Origin: Raillietiella orientalis
Lineage: Eukaryota
Assembly (NCBI GenBank): GCA_036172245.1
Contig: JAYWIR010000007.1
Coordinates: 1,364,001-1,428,000 of the forward strand
Reading direction: 5' to 3'
Length of the DNA stretch: 64,000 nucleotides
Below the pieces are notes generated by a model. The model was not told the origin of the DNA. It did not search any database and saw nothing but the letters and a program-made list of their open reading frames with translations. A program made the position numbers and the translations under genes. Each line of letters starts with the position of its first letter. Positions within the stretch are counted from its first letter, which is position 1. Shown here one piece after another: positions 53,901 to 64,000 of the stretch.

Positions 53901-56900
53901 CATTAAAGCACCTGTCATCTTTGCAAATCTCTACTAAAGTGTTGACATGTAATTGTAAATCAAATTGTAGATTGATTTTAGAAGCTGCATTAGATTGCTT
54001 CTGGCTAAGATATATATCCCAAAAAACTAATTTTGTTGGTTTTTTGAGAGTTCAGTATTTAGTGCAGGATTTATCTTCAAAGTAATAACTAAATTCATGT
54101 AAAGTCTCTACAGTGCAGGTTCTCTAAGCTATTCGTTCGTACAGTTGATCCAGTTGTCATATTCCTGTCTTTGGAGATGGTGGAAAAGTAAATGCTAGAA
54201 ATCTTGTGATAAATCAGGTGATATTTAAGAAGAATCACTGTTCATGAAGAGAAGAAATTGAACTGGACATTTTCTCAGGAAGTGTGACACAAACTTGAGA
54301 ATTGCTACACTTCAAATGGAACAGACAAAAGAACAGAAGCAGTAGCAAACTAAATATTATAATACTGCTAGAGGTAGGATTGCCAATGGATTATTGTACA
54401 TCGCCTTTGTACTTTTATATCTCCATGGACTGAAAGTTTTGATGTACGTTCTCATGTTTGATACATGATTCACATGTTGTGATGTTTCATATGGTGTTCA
54501 CTCAGAGTTTCCAAGAGACGTTTATCACAGGTCAACTCGACTTGAAAAAATCAGGATCTGCACTACCTGCTGATGGTTGGAAGAAGCAACTGGATATGCT
54601 CATTTGAAGAAAAACTTGAACATATAGTGAAGCACCTCAAAATTTGGAGAACTAGGATTGCATAAGCTACTTAAACGTGTTACAGATGAGAAGATAGACT
54701 TTGGTCAATAGTACTATGAATTTATTTTGATCATAGTATGACTTGTTTCATGAAATAATTGATAGCTAATAAAGGTGATAGAGACTTTTTATCACCGAAA
54801 ATAGAAAACAGAAAGTAAAGCACACTTCAAATGTTACATATTGACAACTGAGTCCATGAAGTTAAGAAGTTGAAAAATGTGAAAAACTATGTACCATGTT
54901 GCTTTAAAATAACAATCATGTTCTGTGCATGCTATAACTATGTTTCTAAAATCATGATGATTTCAATTTGATATTTGTGTTTAATTGTCAGAAAAAGTTT
55001 CATTTTGAACTCTGTATCAGATGCATCCATGTGTTGTATCTGAAATTCTTAATGGTTGACAAGCAATTCAAGCACAGTGATACCGCTACTGTAACTGTCC
55101 TTTTCTCCCAAGAGTTGAGAGTCCAGAACAAAGATATTTTCTCTGCATATTTATTCGTAGTAGCCTACTGTTACTATAAGCTTTCTTTATCAGTTCAGTA
55201 CTGTTGTTTGCTACAGTAAAAATATGGAGATATATTGAATGCTTGAAAACACAAATAATAGCACCAACTGAATGAAATACTATATTCCAGCTGAAGGGTT
55301 ACTCACATGATTGTTCATTGAGCAATTTCAAGTGGTTTAATTTAATTTATGCAGTATTCATTGAATAGTACGGTACCACTAAATATGTTTTGTATGAGGT
55401 AAGTTTTTAAAAGTTGTGCTGGATTACATGAATCGTAAATTATAGATCCATGACATTGCATAAATGTCATGGATCTATAATTTATTAAATTATAAATAAC
55501 TACAGTGAAACTGAATTTCTTTCATTACAGAAATACTCTAGGCTTTCTCAATATTTCATTCACATTCATGAGTCTAGATAATTTCCTGTATTTTTTGTTC
55601 TTCCACGGAAATTAAATTGCTATCACAAATAAAGATCTTGTGAAAGTATTTTTCCCATGTAACTATGAATTTGCAGTTGTTATTCTAGCTTTTTATTTGA
55701 AGAACAAATTTTTTCCTATACATTTGTTATTGCTCAGGTCACTGCATTACATAATTCAATTAATATTGATTTGGATAAAAGAAAAGATTGACGAAATGAA
55801 ACAGAAATGTTCATTTACCAGTTTAGTTGCTAAGCCATTAAAAACAAGAAACTCATAATCAAGGAACAGGTTTCAGTTGTTTACTGAATGAAATGTGTCA
55901 TGCGAATAAGCATCAAGTGTGCCTAAAAATATGCATCACAGTTATTTTGTCTGATGCCAAAAAACTAGAACTATTCCCCAGAATTTCAAGTGCCACCAGT
56001 TTAGTTTTGAGGTGCTGAGAAAGTTGCTATTTCATGAAGAATTCAGAAATCCTGCAAAAGCATTACAAATTGGATGATTTGAGGTGTTTGTGGTGTTTGC
56101 TTTCAAAGTGTTTCTTAATTTCGTGCAAAGTAAGGAAAATACCAAAGGCATATCAAGGTTTGTAGTAGCTTCATGGCAATAGTACATTCCAGTCAGTTTT
56201 CATTCCCAATTTTCACTTAAAAAATTTTTTTCAAGCAAGAGCAATCAGTGTTCTATCGGTAAAGGTGTGAGAAAGCAACAGAAACCTCTTTGTCAGTATT
56301 GAATTTTTCTGATTCCTGAAGAAAGCACTACTACCTTAGATTGTTATTTGAAGAATTTGCACAAAATTAAGATGCTGCTTCCATCATTGATTTAACAATA
56401 ATGCAATCGGGATTGCTTGAAATGATTTATCAATAACTTGCAATTACTAATGTGGAGAATATTCACTTTAAATGTATGCAATGTCTCACTTGCTTATTGT
56501 CTGCTATTGACATTTTTAGAAGTTAGGTAAGTAAGAAGTTTATTCTTGTAAAAGTTCTACCATTGATTGGATCCTTCTGTGAGGTGGGATCTGGTTTGAT
56601 CCCACTCACCCAAGCACTTCCCTCTTAGACACCAATAGCTGAAGACCATTTAATAAGTCTTTAGTGAGGAAAACACTCAAATTTATTAATTGATAAAATA
56701 TTTTTTCATACGTGCTGGATTATTTGCACAAAAATTTGATTTTCCTATCTAACTGAATCAGAAAACCTCCATAAAACTTGCAGTCCATGATATTCATTAA
56801 TTTAAGTAAATTGACAAATACCTTGATGAAAGTTTACTCAAAGTCTGATATGACTTCACAGAAAAGCGTACATTGCAAAATGTCTGGTTTATCAAATGCT

Positions 56901-57956
56901 TATTTAATAAATGGTTGCAATGGCTAAAATAAAAAGCAATTGTCACCTCTACTCTTAGGAAGCTTTATATGTATGTATTTACATATGTATGCATAGGGAT
57001 TCCAGAATTCTTAGATGATAAAATAAAATTTCATTGATCAAGGATATTTTTAAAATCACTATCAGCAGATCGGTGATTTCCTAAATACATATTAATAATA
57101 AGTACATCTTTTAAGTGTATGGTATATATATTCAGTGATGTTGTTACTGTATACCTTTCATTTTATATTTAAACAATAGTGCACTGAAATGCTAAGATGA
57201 AAACTGAACTTTTTATCTTATTGCATATGCCATGCTCCTGAATAGATCTCAGAACATGATTCCCAGCATACTTTGCAATGCACTAAATGGAAAATTTTCT
57301 TTTATTGTAATTAGAATAACTTCTCTCAAATACATCACATGTCAGCAGAGTGGTTTCAAATTGTGTGCATGCAAACTTGCACACCATTGGCTTGGAACTT
57401 TTCGAGATTCAGAATGTGCACAAGTTAGAATTTTGGTGAAAACAGGAGTCAAAAGATTCCTAAAATAATACCTTGAAAAAGGGGAAAAGTAGAAACTACC
57501 CAATAGTAAACTGTGAGTCAGAATATGCATTTGAAAAAACAGCATAAATCTGTGTGAAAACAGATTCTCTTTTTGTTTGGTAGATTTCCTTTGCTGCATG
57601 TTCTAATGAGAAACCAGTTATGTAACTGTTGTATGATAAAATTCAAATGGTTGTTATAAGGGGATTGATTGATCTTTATGTTCATATATTGTGAACTGCT
57701 ATCACAAAACATAAGTGGCATTTACAAAGTAGAAGCATTGAAGTATTCTGTGTAGTGTTTTGAAACATTTTCTTTTTAGTCCCTTGGTGCAGCGATTGCA
57801 TTTTTGTGCAGCAGTTATATAGGCTTGTATTATCAATTATTATGGTTATTCATCCTCGGAACTGCAGGAGCATTGTGTTTTTGGAGAGTGGAAATGACCC
57901 AGAAAAAGGTACAAGAAGTGCCAAATTCAAAAGATGGTGATTTGACTCGAAAGTAA
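47880..57956 (+). CDS. MFSD11: UNC93-like MFS membrane protein (MFSD11 orthologue), spliced gene with 8 coding exons, 437 aa: join(47880..47981,49315..49484,50988..51164,51227..51483,51529..51654,51732..51900,53416..53551,57780..57956)
   Basis: All introns are GT-AG with consistent phases, and exon lengths sum to 1314 nt (437 codons plus TAA). The translation carries MFSD11/UNC-93 signatures I recognise: LLGVAFMF..FQT, GAALLWTGQGNYL, RNSGIFWA, YTGFELSFLSGVY, LLGLGDACFNTQI, SAFAIFKF.QSLGAAIAF. The start could be ATG 47880 or 47889. Confidence 0.93.
49315..49484 (+). CDS. MFSD11: MFSD11 coding exon 2 (KVILDNIKSQDPSFNGDGFISLAIIYGLFAVVNWITPS...GATTY)
   Basis: Acceptor tttcag|AAA. Donor AT|gtaaga, phase 2. 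Confidence 0.92.
49762..49805. repeat. Exact 22-bp tandem duplication in MFSD11 intron 2
   Basis: GCTATTCATATAGACAGAAATG occurs twice in a row. Confidence 0.95.
50988..51164 (+). CDS. MFSD11: MFSD11 coding exon 3 (SFVCSFLKP...GAALLWTGQGNYLT...RNSGIFWAIMQC)
   Basis: Acceptor ttgccag|T. Donor AG|gtgaga. The reading frame differs from the ORF track entry 50910..51218. Confidence 0.93.
51227..51483 (+). CDS. MFSD11: MFSD11 coding exon 4 (FLFGNLLVFLKF...FRLLVVTFLYT)
   Basis: Acceptor tttttag|T after a 62-nt intron. Donor G|gtaact, phase 1. Confidence 0.92.
51529..51654 (+). CDS. MFSD11: MFSD11 coding exon 5 (GFELSFLSGVYSTCIGFTQSFG...GLAGIFVGFGNVL)
   Basis: Acceptor ttttaag|GA after a 45-nt intron. 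Donor G|gtaagc. Confidence 0.92.
51732..51900 (+). CDS. MFSD11: MFSD11 coding exon 6 (GILFGLFGSVTNKYGRDPVILLG...YMTP)
   Basis: Acceptor tttttag|GT. Donor AA|gtaaga, phase 2. Confidence 0.92.
53416..53551 (+). CDS. MFSD11: MFSD11 coding exon 7 (ASVAMLCSFLLGLGDACFNTQIYSILGS...SAFAIFKFTQ)
   Basis: Acceptor tttttag|T. Donor CAG|gtactt, phase 0. Confidence 0.93.
55436..55484. repeat. Perfect inverted repeat, 22-bp arms with a 5-nt loop
   Basis: TAAATTATAGATCCATGACATT-gcata-AATGTCATGGATCTATAATTTA. Confidence 0.95.
55571..55649 (+). repeat. Dispersed repeat of about 80 bp, copy 1 (partner 61601-61679)
   Basis: agtctagataatttcctgtattttttgttcttccacggaaattaaattgcta...aaataaagat aligns ungapped with the second copy. 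Confidence 0.85.
57780..57956 (+). CDS. MFSD11: MFSD11 terminal coding exon 8 (SLGAAIAFLCSSYIGLYYQL...DLTRK*)
   Basis: Acceptor tctttttag|TCC. Stop TAA at 57954-57956. Confidence 0.9.
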   Translation, partial: SLGAAIAFLCSSYIGLYYQLLWLFILGTAGALCFWRVEMTQKKVQEVPNSKDGDLTRK

Positions 57957-58280
57957 ATGGAGAACAGAAATGTGATACAAAATTAAGATATAAACATTTT
58001 GTCCTTCAGAGATCATTGGATATAAAACTCAGAACTTTTTTCTGGTCATGGTGGTCATGTGTAATGGATATAAAATGCTGCTTTGATAATAAAGAAAAGA
58101 GAGAAAATACATTTTGGTTTCTAATAGCAAGTATGATTTATTATTTGGAAGTTTTATTTTTCATTTCAGTTTTAGACGTGTGTTCGGAAACAACTGCAAC
58201 AGCACTTGGAATGACCTCAGTGGAACAACTGTTTAAAATATTTAACATTCAAACAATCACAAATTAACCCACAAAGGCAA

Positions 58281-58286
58281 AATAAA
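58281..58286 (+). terminator. Candidate polyadenylation signal (AATAAA) of MFSD11
   Basis: AATAAA about 325 nt after the stop codon. Other AATAAA hexamers lie nearby, so the site actually used is uncertain. Confidence 0.35.
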
Positions 58287-59798
58287 CATTAATTAGGGCA
58301 AAAAAAGCACATTAGTGGTAATAAATAGATTGTAGTGTAACACGTATTTCCAGCAGGGATAAGACTGGAATATAAACAGCTGCCTCTAGGAAACAATGTA
58401 CTGTCATTACCTTCATGACTCTACATTCCAAAAAGCTCCAAGATCCATTTTTTGTTATAGTAATTTGTATGATTATTTTATTCTTGAAAAATAAAGTAAA
58501 ATATATAGGTCGGGCAAAAATGAATGAGGCAGAACCATATAAAACCACACTGCTGAGATCAATACACAGTCATCACTAATTATTGTGTACAGCTTTGCGG
58601 GATAGGTCTGCTTAACAACGGATCAGGACTCAAATTCCTGTTGATTCTTAACTCTTCCCTTTTTAATAACATGGATTTTTCTATTGGATAACACAATAAT
58701 ATAATAATAATCCGTGTATACGACTGGAAAAAAGACGGTTAATATCAACACACTTTTTTGATTCCCACTTATACCTTTGATGTTTTTAAAACACGTGTTT
58801 TCTTTTTTGAGGGAAGACGCAAATCGGAGAAGCTTGAAAATTACTGCAGCGGTGTTTTCGTCGTTTTCCAACTCACCGCCGGACTGAATGATGAAAAATT
58901 CTTTAATCAATTAAATTCGTATCTGCGCAGACATTTATTTTTTTTTTGATCTCACGCCTAAGTTTTCACCAATACGGCGCAGTGCATCCCCCTTGGCAAA
59001 CTTACATGGAGAATGCCCCCGTTGTCATCCAAAATGACGTAACCCAGCACATTGCTGAGCTTTTCGATGTAGCTCAGCATGGTTGCTTCTTTCGTGGGCC
59101 CGCGGGGCTACTCCCACGGATGTGGTCAGTGGAGCTGGTGGCGCACAGGCAGCGTTTCACCGGCGCTGGGGGGCCAGGACGATCATCCTCCGCAGGAGAT
59201 ACCAACACCACACCCCCACCTGACGAGCAGCACGCGAAAGACGCGCGTAGATGCGGCCCTACTCCGCAAGCCGTTCGACTCTCCGCCCCGTAAGCGGGCA
59301 AAATAAAAAAAAACACAGACACATCCACGTCCGTGCATGGCGGCCGCCTGCCGTGGGATTCCGAGGACCCCACAAGGGTTCCCCCGTTGCTGCGAGGGAG
59401 CTGTCGTACTGCAGCAGCTCAGTACGACCATCGGTGGCTCATCCGACGAACGACTCCTTACGTCTTATTGTGTAAGTATACGGAGCGTACGGTACAGAAT
59501 TCAGGTCCCAGTGCTCGGTTGCCCGTTTCAGACCGATCGTCGGATCGTTGTAAAGCGATTTTACCCTTCCTCTGCTCAGATGTGCTTTTGTAAACACCTC
59601 CTAGCCTCCCCCCGTACTTACAGGGAAGCGCTTTGTGACTCCGTGCTTTTTAGTATTGAAAGTAAGTTAAGACGTTAAAAGAACAGCAAAAAGAAAGTTT
59701 ATATATCGTGAGCAAAACATCAAAATAATAAACAAAATGGCTCATAAAACGCCAAACTTCTGATTTGTAATATCCACGAGACCTGCCTCGGGCATGTA

Positions 59799-60465
59799 TT
59801 TTAACCTGGATATGCCGAGGCATTTATTTATAGAAAAATAAAAGTACATTAACATTTTCTCGTAGTGAGCGCGGGAGCTCACCACATCACTGCTGCTTGC
59901 TGGTTGCCAGTGCACAGACTGGCGAGGTCAAGTCGAGGCGCTGGGATGGGGATAAACCAAACAAAAAGAAACAAAAAGTGAAACGTGGGGAGGGGAGAAA
60001 TGTCTAGGGGTGGGGACGGCGGGGAAGGGATGACTTTGCGCGTCAATGGGTCCTCTATATCCTGTTCAGGATCCTAGCAAACTGCGTCCTCGCTGCACCC
60101 AGGTGGGGCCACGTGGAGATGTTCCGCGCAAAGATTCGCGTCCAGTGTATGGCATCCCTGCCATTAGGGCTTCGTGACGTTCCACGTGGCCACCATTCCA
60201 CGAATGCAGCACAGCACTGCTACACACGCAGCCGGGGGCAAGGCGGCACGAGAGAAGAGCCGCCTGAAAATGTCCCTGGGGTGTCTGCGCGAATGTTCCT
60301 TATCGTCCCAAGACGATCCCAGAGGGGGCGGAGGGCGATGCGGTCCACATGAAGGTCGGGGAAGGTCTCTCTACCCACAAAGGTCGCACTGGGAACCCAC
60401 ACTCCCACGTGTCCAGTGAGTGAGGCGTGCTTTGCACGGGAGTAATGCGAATCACTTTTGCACAC
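59799..60465 (-). mobile_element. 3' fragment of the same LINE family (copy E) between MFSD11 and GID8
   Basis: GC-rich island with a QCDLC knuckle and LRPLWDRLGT (compare LRSLWERLGT in copy A). T-rich 3'UTR, AATAAA at 59823-59828. Confidence 0.8.
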
Positions 60466-61600
60466 TTATCAGACTGCATTGCCTCACTTCATCTAGTGTC
60501 ATCTATGCCTTTTTGGCTTCCTCCTCTTTTTATTCGATGTTTTAAGATCATCGTTCATTATCGTAATAGAATGGGTCGAATGTAATATCTAACCGGTGGA
60601 CTAGATGGCTTTATAAGTGTCACTTCCAAGAAACTGGGGTGCACAATCCTCCACAAATGAGAAAGCCCTACAAACGAGTCTTACTAAGTATTTACCGAGT
60701 GTTATGTGTAATTTCCTTTCGAATCTGTATAAATATGCATGGAAAAAGTTCTCCGTATTTGAGCTTTTTTAAAGTCACTTTCAAATTCTCATTGATCAAT
60801 TTGTTCAAGTTAAAATGAAATTATAAACTTTCATTCAGCTTATTCGTTAATAGCTAAGAGTTAATTATAAGAAAATAAATGCATACATGACTTCAAAAGT
60901 ATGCATAAGAGACGTATAAAACTATCTATAAACTTCCGATTTAATCTTGTATCCCATGCTAATTTGTTTACAGTTATGCATGAAAATGTATTCTATGAGG
61001 TCTGTAAACTGATTTTATACCTGAAAGCTTTTGAATTTGTCGAAATCATCAGGATATAGAGGCTGCATTGACGTGATAACAATTATTACTGGTTTACTTT
61101 GTTTACATATAAATGAATATTGAGCTTTTTATAAACTAATTTTCATCGCTTATATTTATGTAAATGCATAATATTTTTACAACATAAACAGACGAGCTGG
61201 CCTTATTCGATACTTATCTGATTACATGTAGAAATTGTTAAAGAGCAGTGGGGTTCAACGTGTGCTATGGACTATTATTTATGTTGATTTATAGAATAAA
61301 ATTAAAACTAGCGTTTCATAAGCATATTAGTTTTTATTACGCTCAGGTTCGGAATGCTTTCAAAAATAGAATTCAATCTCAATAAATAATACCAATTATT
61401 CACATGGGGTATTCATTGAGCAGTACGTTTTCTCTAAATGTGTTTCATACGAGGTACGTTTTTAAAAGTTGTGCATAATCTACATAAATATCATTTATTT
61501 ATTAAACAGATAGATAAATGATTGCAGTGAAACGGAGTTTATTCAATTGCAAAAATCCACTAGGCTTTTCAAAGTTTCAAATATTTTGTTCACGTTTACA

Positions 61601-61679
61601 AGTCTGGATAAATTCCTGTATTTTTTGTTTTTCCATGGAAATTAAATTGCTACCGCAAATAAAGATTCTGTGAGAGTAT
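61601..61679 (+). repeat. Dispersed repeat of about 80 bp, copy 2 (partner 55571-55649)
   Basis: agtctggataaattcctgtattttttgtttttccatggaaattaaattgcta...aaataaagat. Confidence 0.85.
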
Positions 61680-62202
61680 GATTTCGTTTCCGAGTATTCG
61701 AATGAATTCGTCAAACAAGGAATTTATCGTTTTTCTCATTTAGGTTTAAGTGTATTGGTAAGGAAAGGTAGCTTCACATATACATGCATATATGTGTATA
61801 TGAAGCTACTTTCATATTACCACAATACTGTGAATGCTCAACCAGCCAGGTATTCTGCATCAGTTAATTTCTTAGATTTTGCATTTTCCTAATTTTCATC
61901 ATCAACGTTTATTGAAGACGGACAAATTGCATGTTCCATTTGTTTGCCATTTGCCCTCGTGTGTTGGTTTCCAACTGTTCGAAGTTCCATAAAAATAAGA
62001 AATCAGAGAAGAGAAATGTGCGTAATGGTGCCAAAATACCAAAGACACGAAAGTTAACAAAATACATCGTTAGGAAAGGTTTCTTTGGACTTCAAAAGGA
62101 ATGTTACGATTATACGATTGTATTTTGAAAAGTTTGTGTCGACGATTGAGGCAGTCTTGATGGCAGCGTTGATGTTTTGGGCAGCCCCGTGAACTCGTTG
62201 AA

Positions 62203-62323
62203 ATGAAAATGAACTTCACCGATAAAGAAAACTCTGATGATGCTCAGTGGCAGCAAAATATAGAAAATTTACATGTGCTTAGGAATGATATGAATAAATT
62301 AATAATGGATTATTTGGTTACAG
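62203..62323 (+). CDS. GID8: GID8/TWA1 (CTLH/GID E3 ligase scaffold), first coding exon with the start of the LisH motif; gene continues beyond the window
   Basis: MKMNFTDKENSDDAQWQQNIENLHVLRNDMNKLIMDYLVT matches the GID8 N-terminus pattern W.EKL.NLHV.R.DMN.LIM.YLVT(EG). Phase-1 donor ACAG|gtattt at 62324. Alternative ATG at 62209. Confidence 0.88.
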
Positions 62324-64000
62324 GTATTTTTTTGTATGTGAATGAAATTTGCAATTGCATTTGCCGAGGATTGTTCTGCGGTTAGGGCACGCACAATTTG
62401 AATGAAAGTATGAAAATAGGGGAAAGTTTCAACACAGTTTGTAGTATGTGCTTTCGATTACAATCACAGGGCCCGTAATGTAAGCTCACTAAATGTGGCC
62501 TTAACATATTCATGTGCGACATATGTTGGGTAAACAAAACAAAAGAACCGACATATGGAAATTTGCAAACTTGGTAACGTGCATTTCTAATGCTTTAATT
62601 CATGAATCCTTGTTCTGGTTTGCAATTTTTTCGTGTTGAGTAATTTGGTGTCTGGCATAATAAAGATAGTGAAAGGGAAAAAAGGGCAATGCGAGTTTTT
62701 AAGATGCCTTACGTAGACAGCTTTTAATATAAACTCATTATTCCATAAGCATACTTAATTCATGAGTAGGATAAAAAACAGTGGCAAAATTGGTAACTTT
62801 AAAAAGTGAGTCACTATTTACCAGTATTTGCATGAGCCGTTTTGTTTACGTGTGAGTACCTGGATTATTATGCATGAAATTTGGATTTTGCTTAAAAATG
62901 TCATGGTAAAAGGAAAGAGTCGTAGTGCACAGCAGTTGTGCCCATTGGGTATTTTTTTAATAATTCTAAGATTTTTTAACAAAGACTCTTTAGTAACAAC
63001 ATTTGTTTTGGAACAAAGACGAAGTGTCATTTGAAGTTTTACTGTACTATGCACTACTTTCAATGATTATTCTTGTTTTTTTCCTGATTTCCTTAAGCTG
63101 ATTATGAAATTGCCCCCTGTTGTCCATACAAGTATATGATTGAATAAAAACCACAAAACATGATAAGCTTTATGCCTTAAATAAGGCTTCATGTTTATTC
63201 TTCATCACACTGTATTGATAATTAATCATGATAATTGGTAATGATCATATTGCATTATTAGCTTACTGATAAAGAAAATTAGCATTTATAATCTAATGAA
63301 ATTGAGTTGCTTTAATTTACAAAAAGGAATTTGGCTTTGGATTGTATTATGTTGGCTGTGTGTGTTCATCCAAAGACTGTTTTTCAGTAGATCAAAATCA
63401 TGGAGTAATGGCTTTTATCATGAATGTGTGCTTGTTTGCTGATTTTCTTCTAAAATCTTATGCTATTTGTTTCTGTGGCTGTGTAAGAATCTGTAGTGGT
63501 TTTTTATCAGGTTAAAAAAAATTGTTGTAACAAGCTGTTTACAATCGATTATAATATGTCTGTGTTTAATCATAATGAACAACTTGATAGTCAAGCATGT
63601 ATAATTTTCCCTAAATGTTCCCTAAATTCTTTTATTAATTACCTTAATATTTCCTATATGTGTTTTTAATTTTTCGCTCCAACCAATTATCTTCAATGTA
63701 TTTGTACTTATTGCAATCATAATAATGTCCAGTAGTCTGCAATCTGCATATGTATGCTCTGGTAAGATTTGTTTTCTTCATTTTTTGCTACCCTTACAGT
63801 GTGTGACTTTTTCTGAACAAGGCATTTATTGGCATGTACACAAATTTAGAATATTTTTACTAGTAAAGTGTTGAAATTAATTATGCTAAAATTATACAAA
63901 TTGCAACTTTGGAAATATTTATTTGAGAAGTAGAATGCATGAGTTCATGCATTAGGAAAGAACTACAGGAGTTGCCCTAACTACTAACAGCTAAAATATC

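Overview
Eukaryotic (invertebrate-like metazoan) genomic DNA in two compartments. About 1-47.8 kb is GC-richer and has no recognisable host gene. From about 16 to 45 kb it is a dense nest of decayed APE-type non-LTR retrotransposons (L1/Tx1-like, with EN, RT and C-terminal CCHC remnants), mostly on the minus strand, plus one tRNA gene (40522-40594). That tRNA has a tRNA-Thr(TGT)-type body but a TTT (Lys) anticodon. About 47.8-64 kb is AT-rich and holds a complete 8-coding-exon UNC93-like/MFSD11 gene (437 aa, + strand, one 45-nt intron) and the first coding exon of GID8/TWA1. The most notable observations are: (i) five diverged copies of one LINE family share a 3'UTR of three hairpins with compensatory base changes and a stem-loop just after AATAAA; (ii) one copy is inserted antisense inside another with a 14-bp target-site duplication; (iii) the apparent Thr-to-Lys anticodon switch. 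All assignments come from reading motifs by eye. No database searches were run, and the most decayed LINE fragments are tentative.
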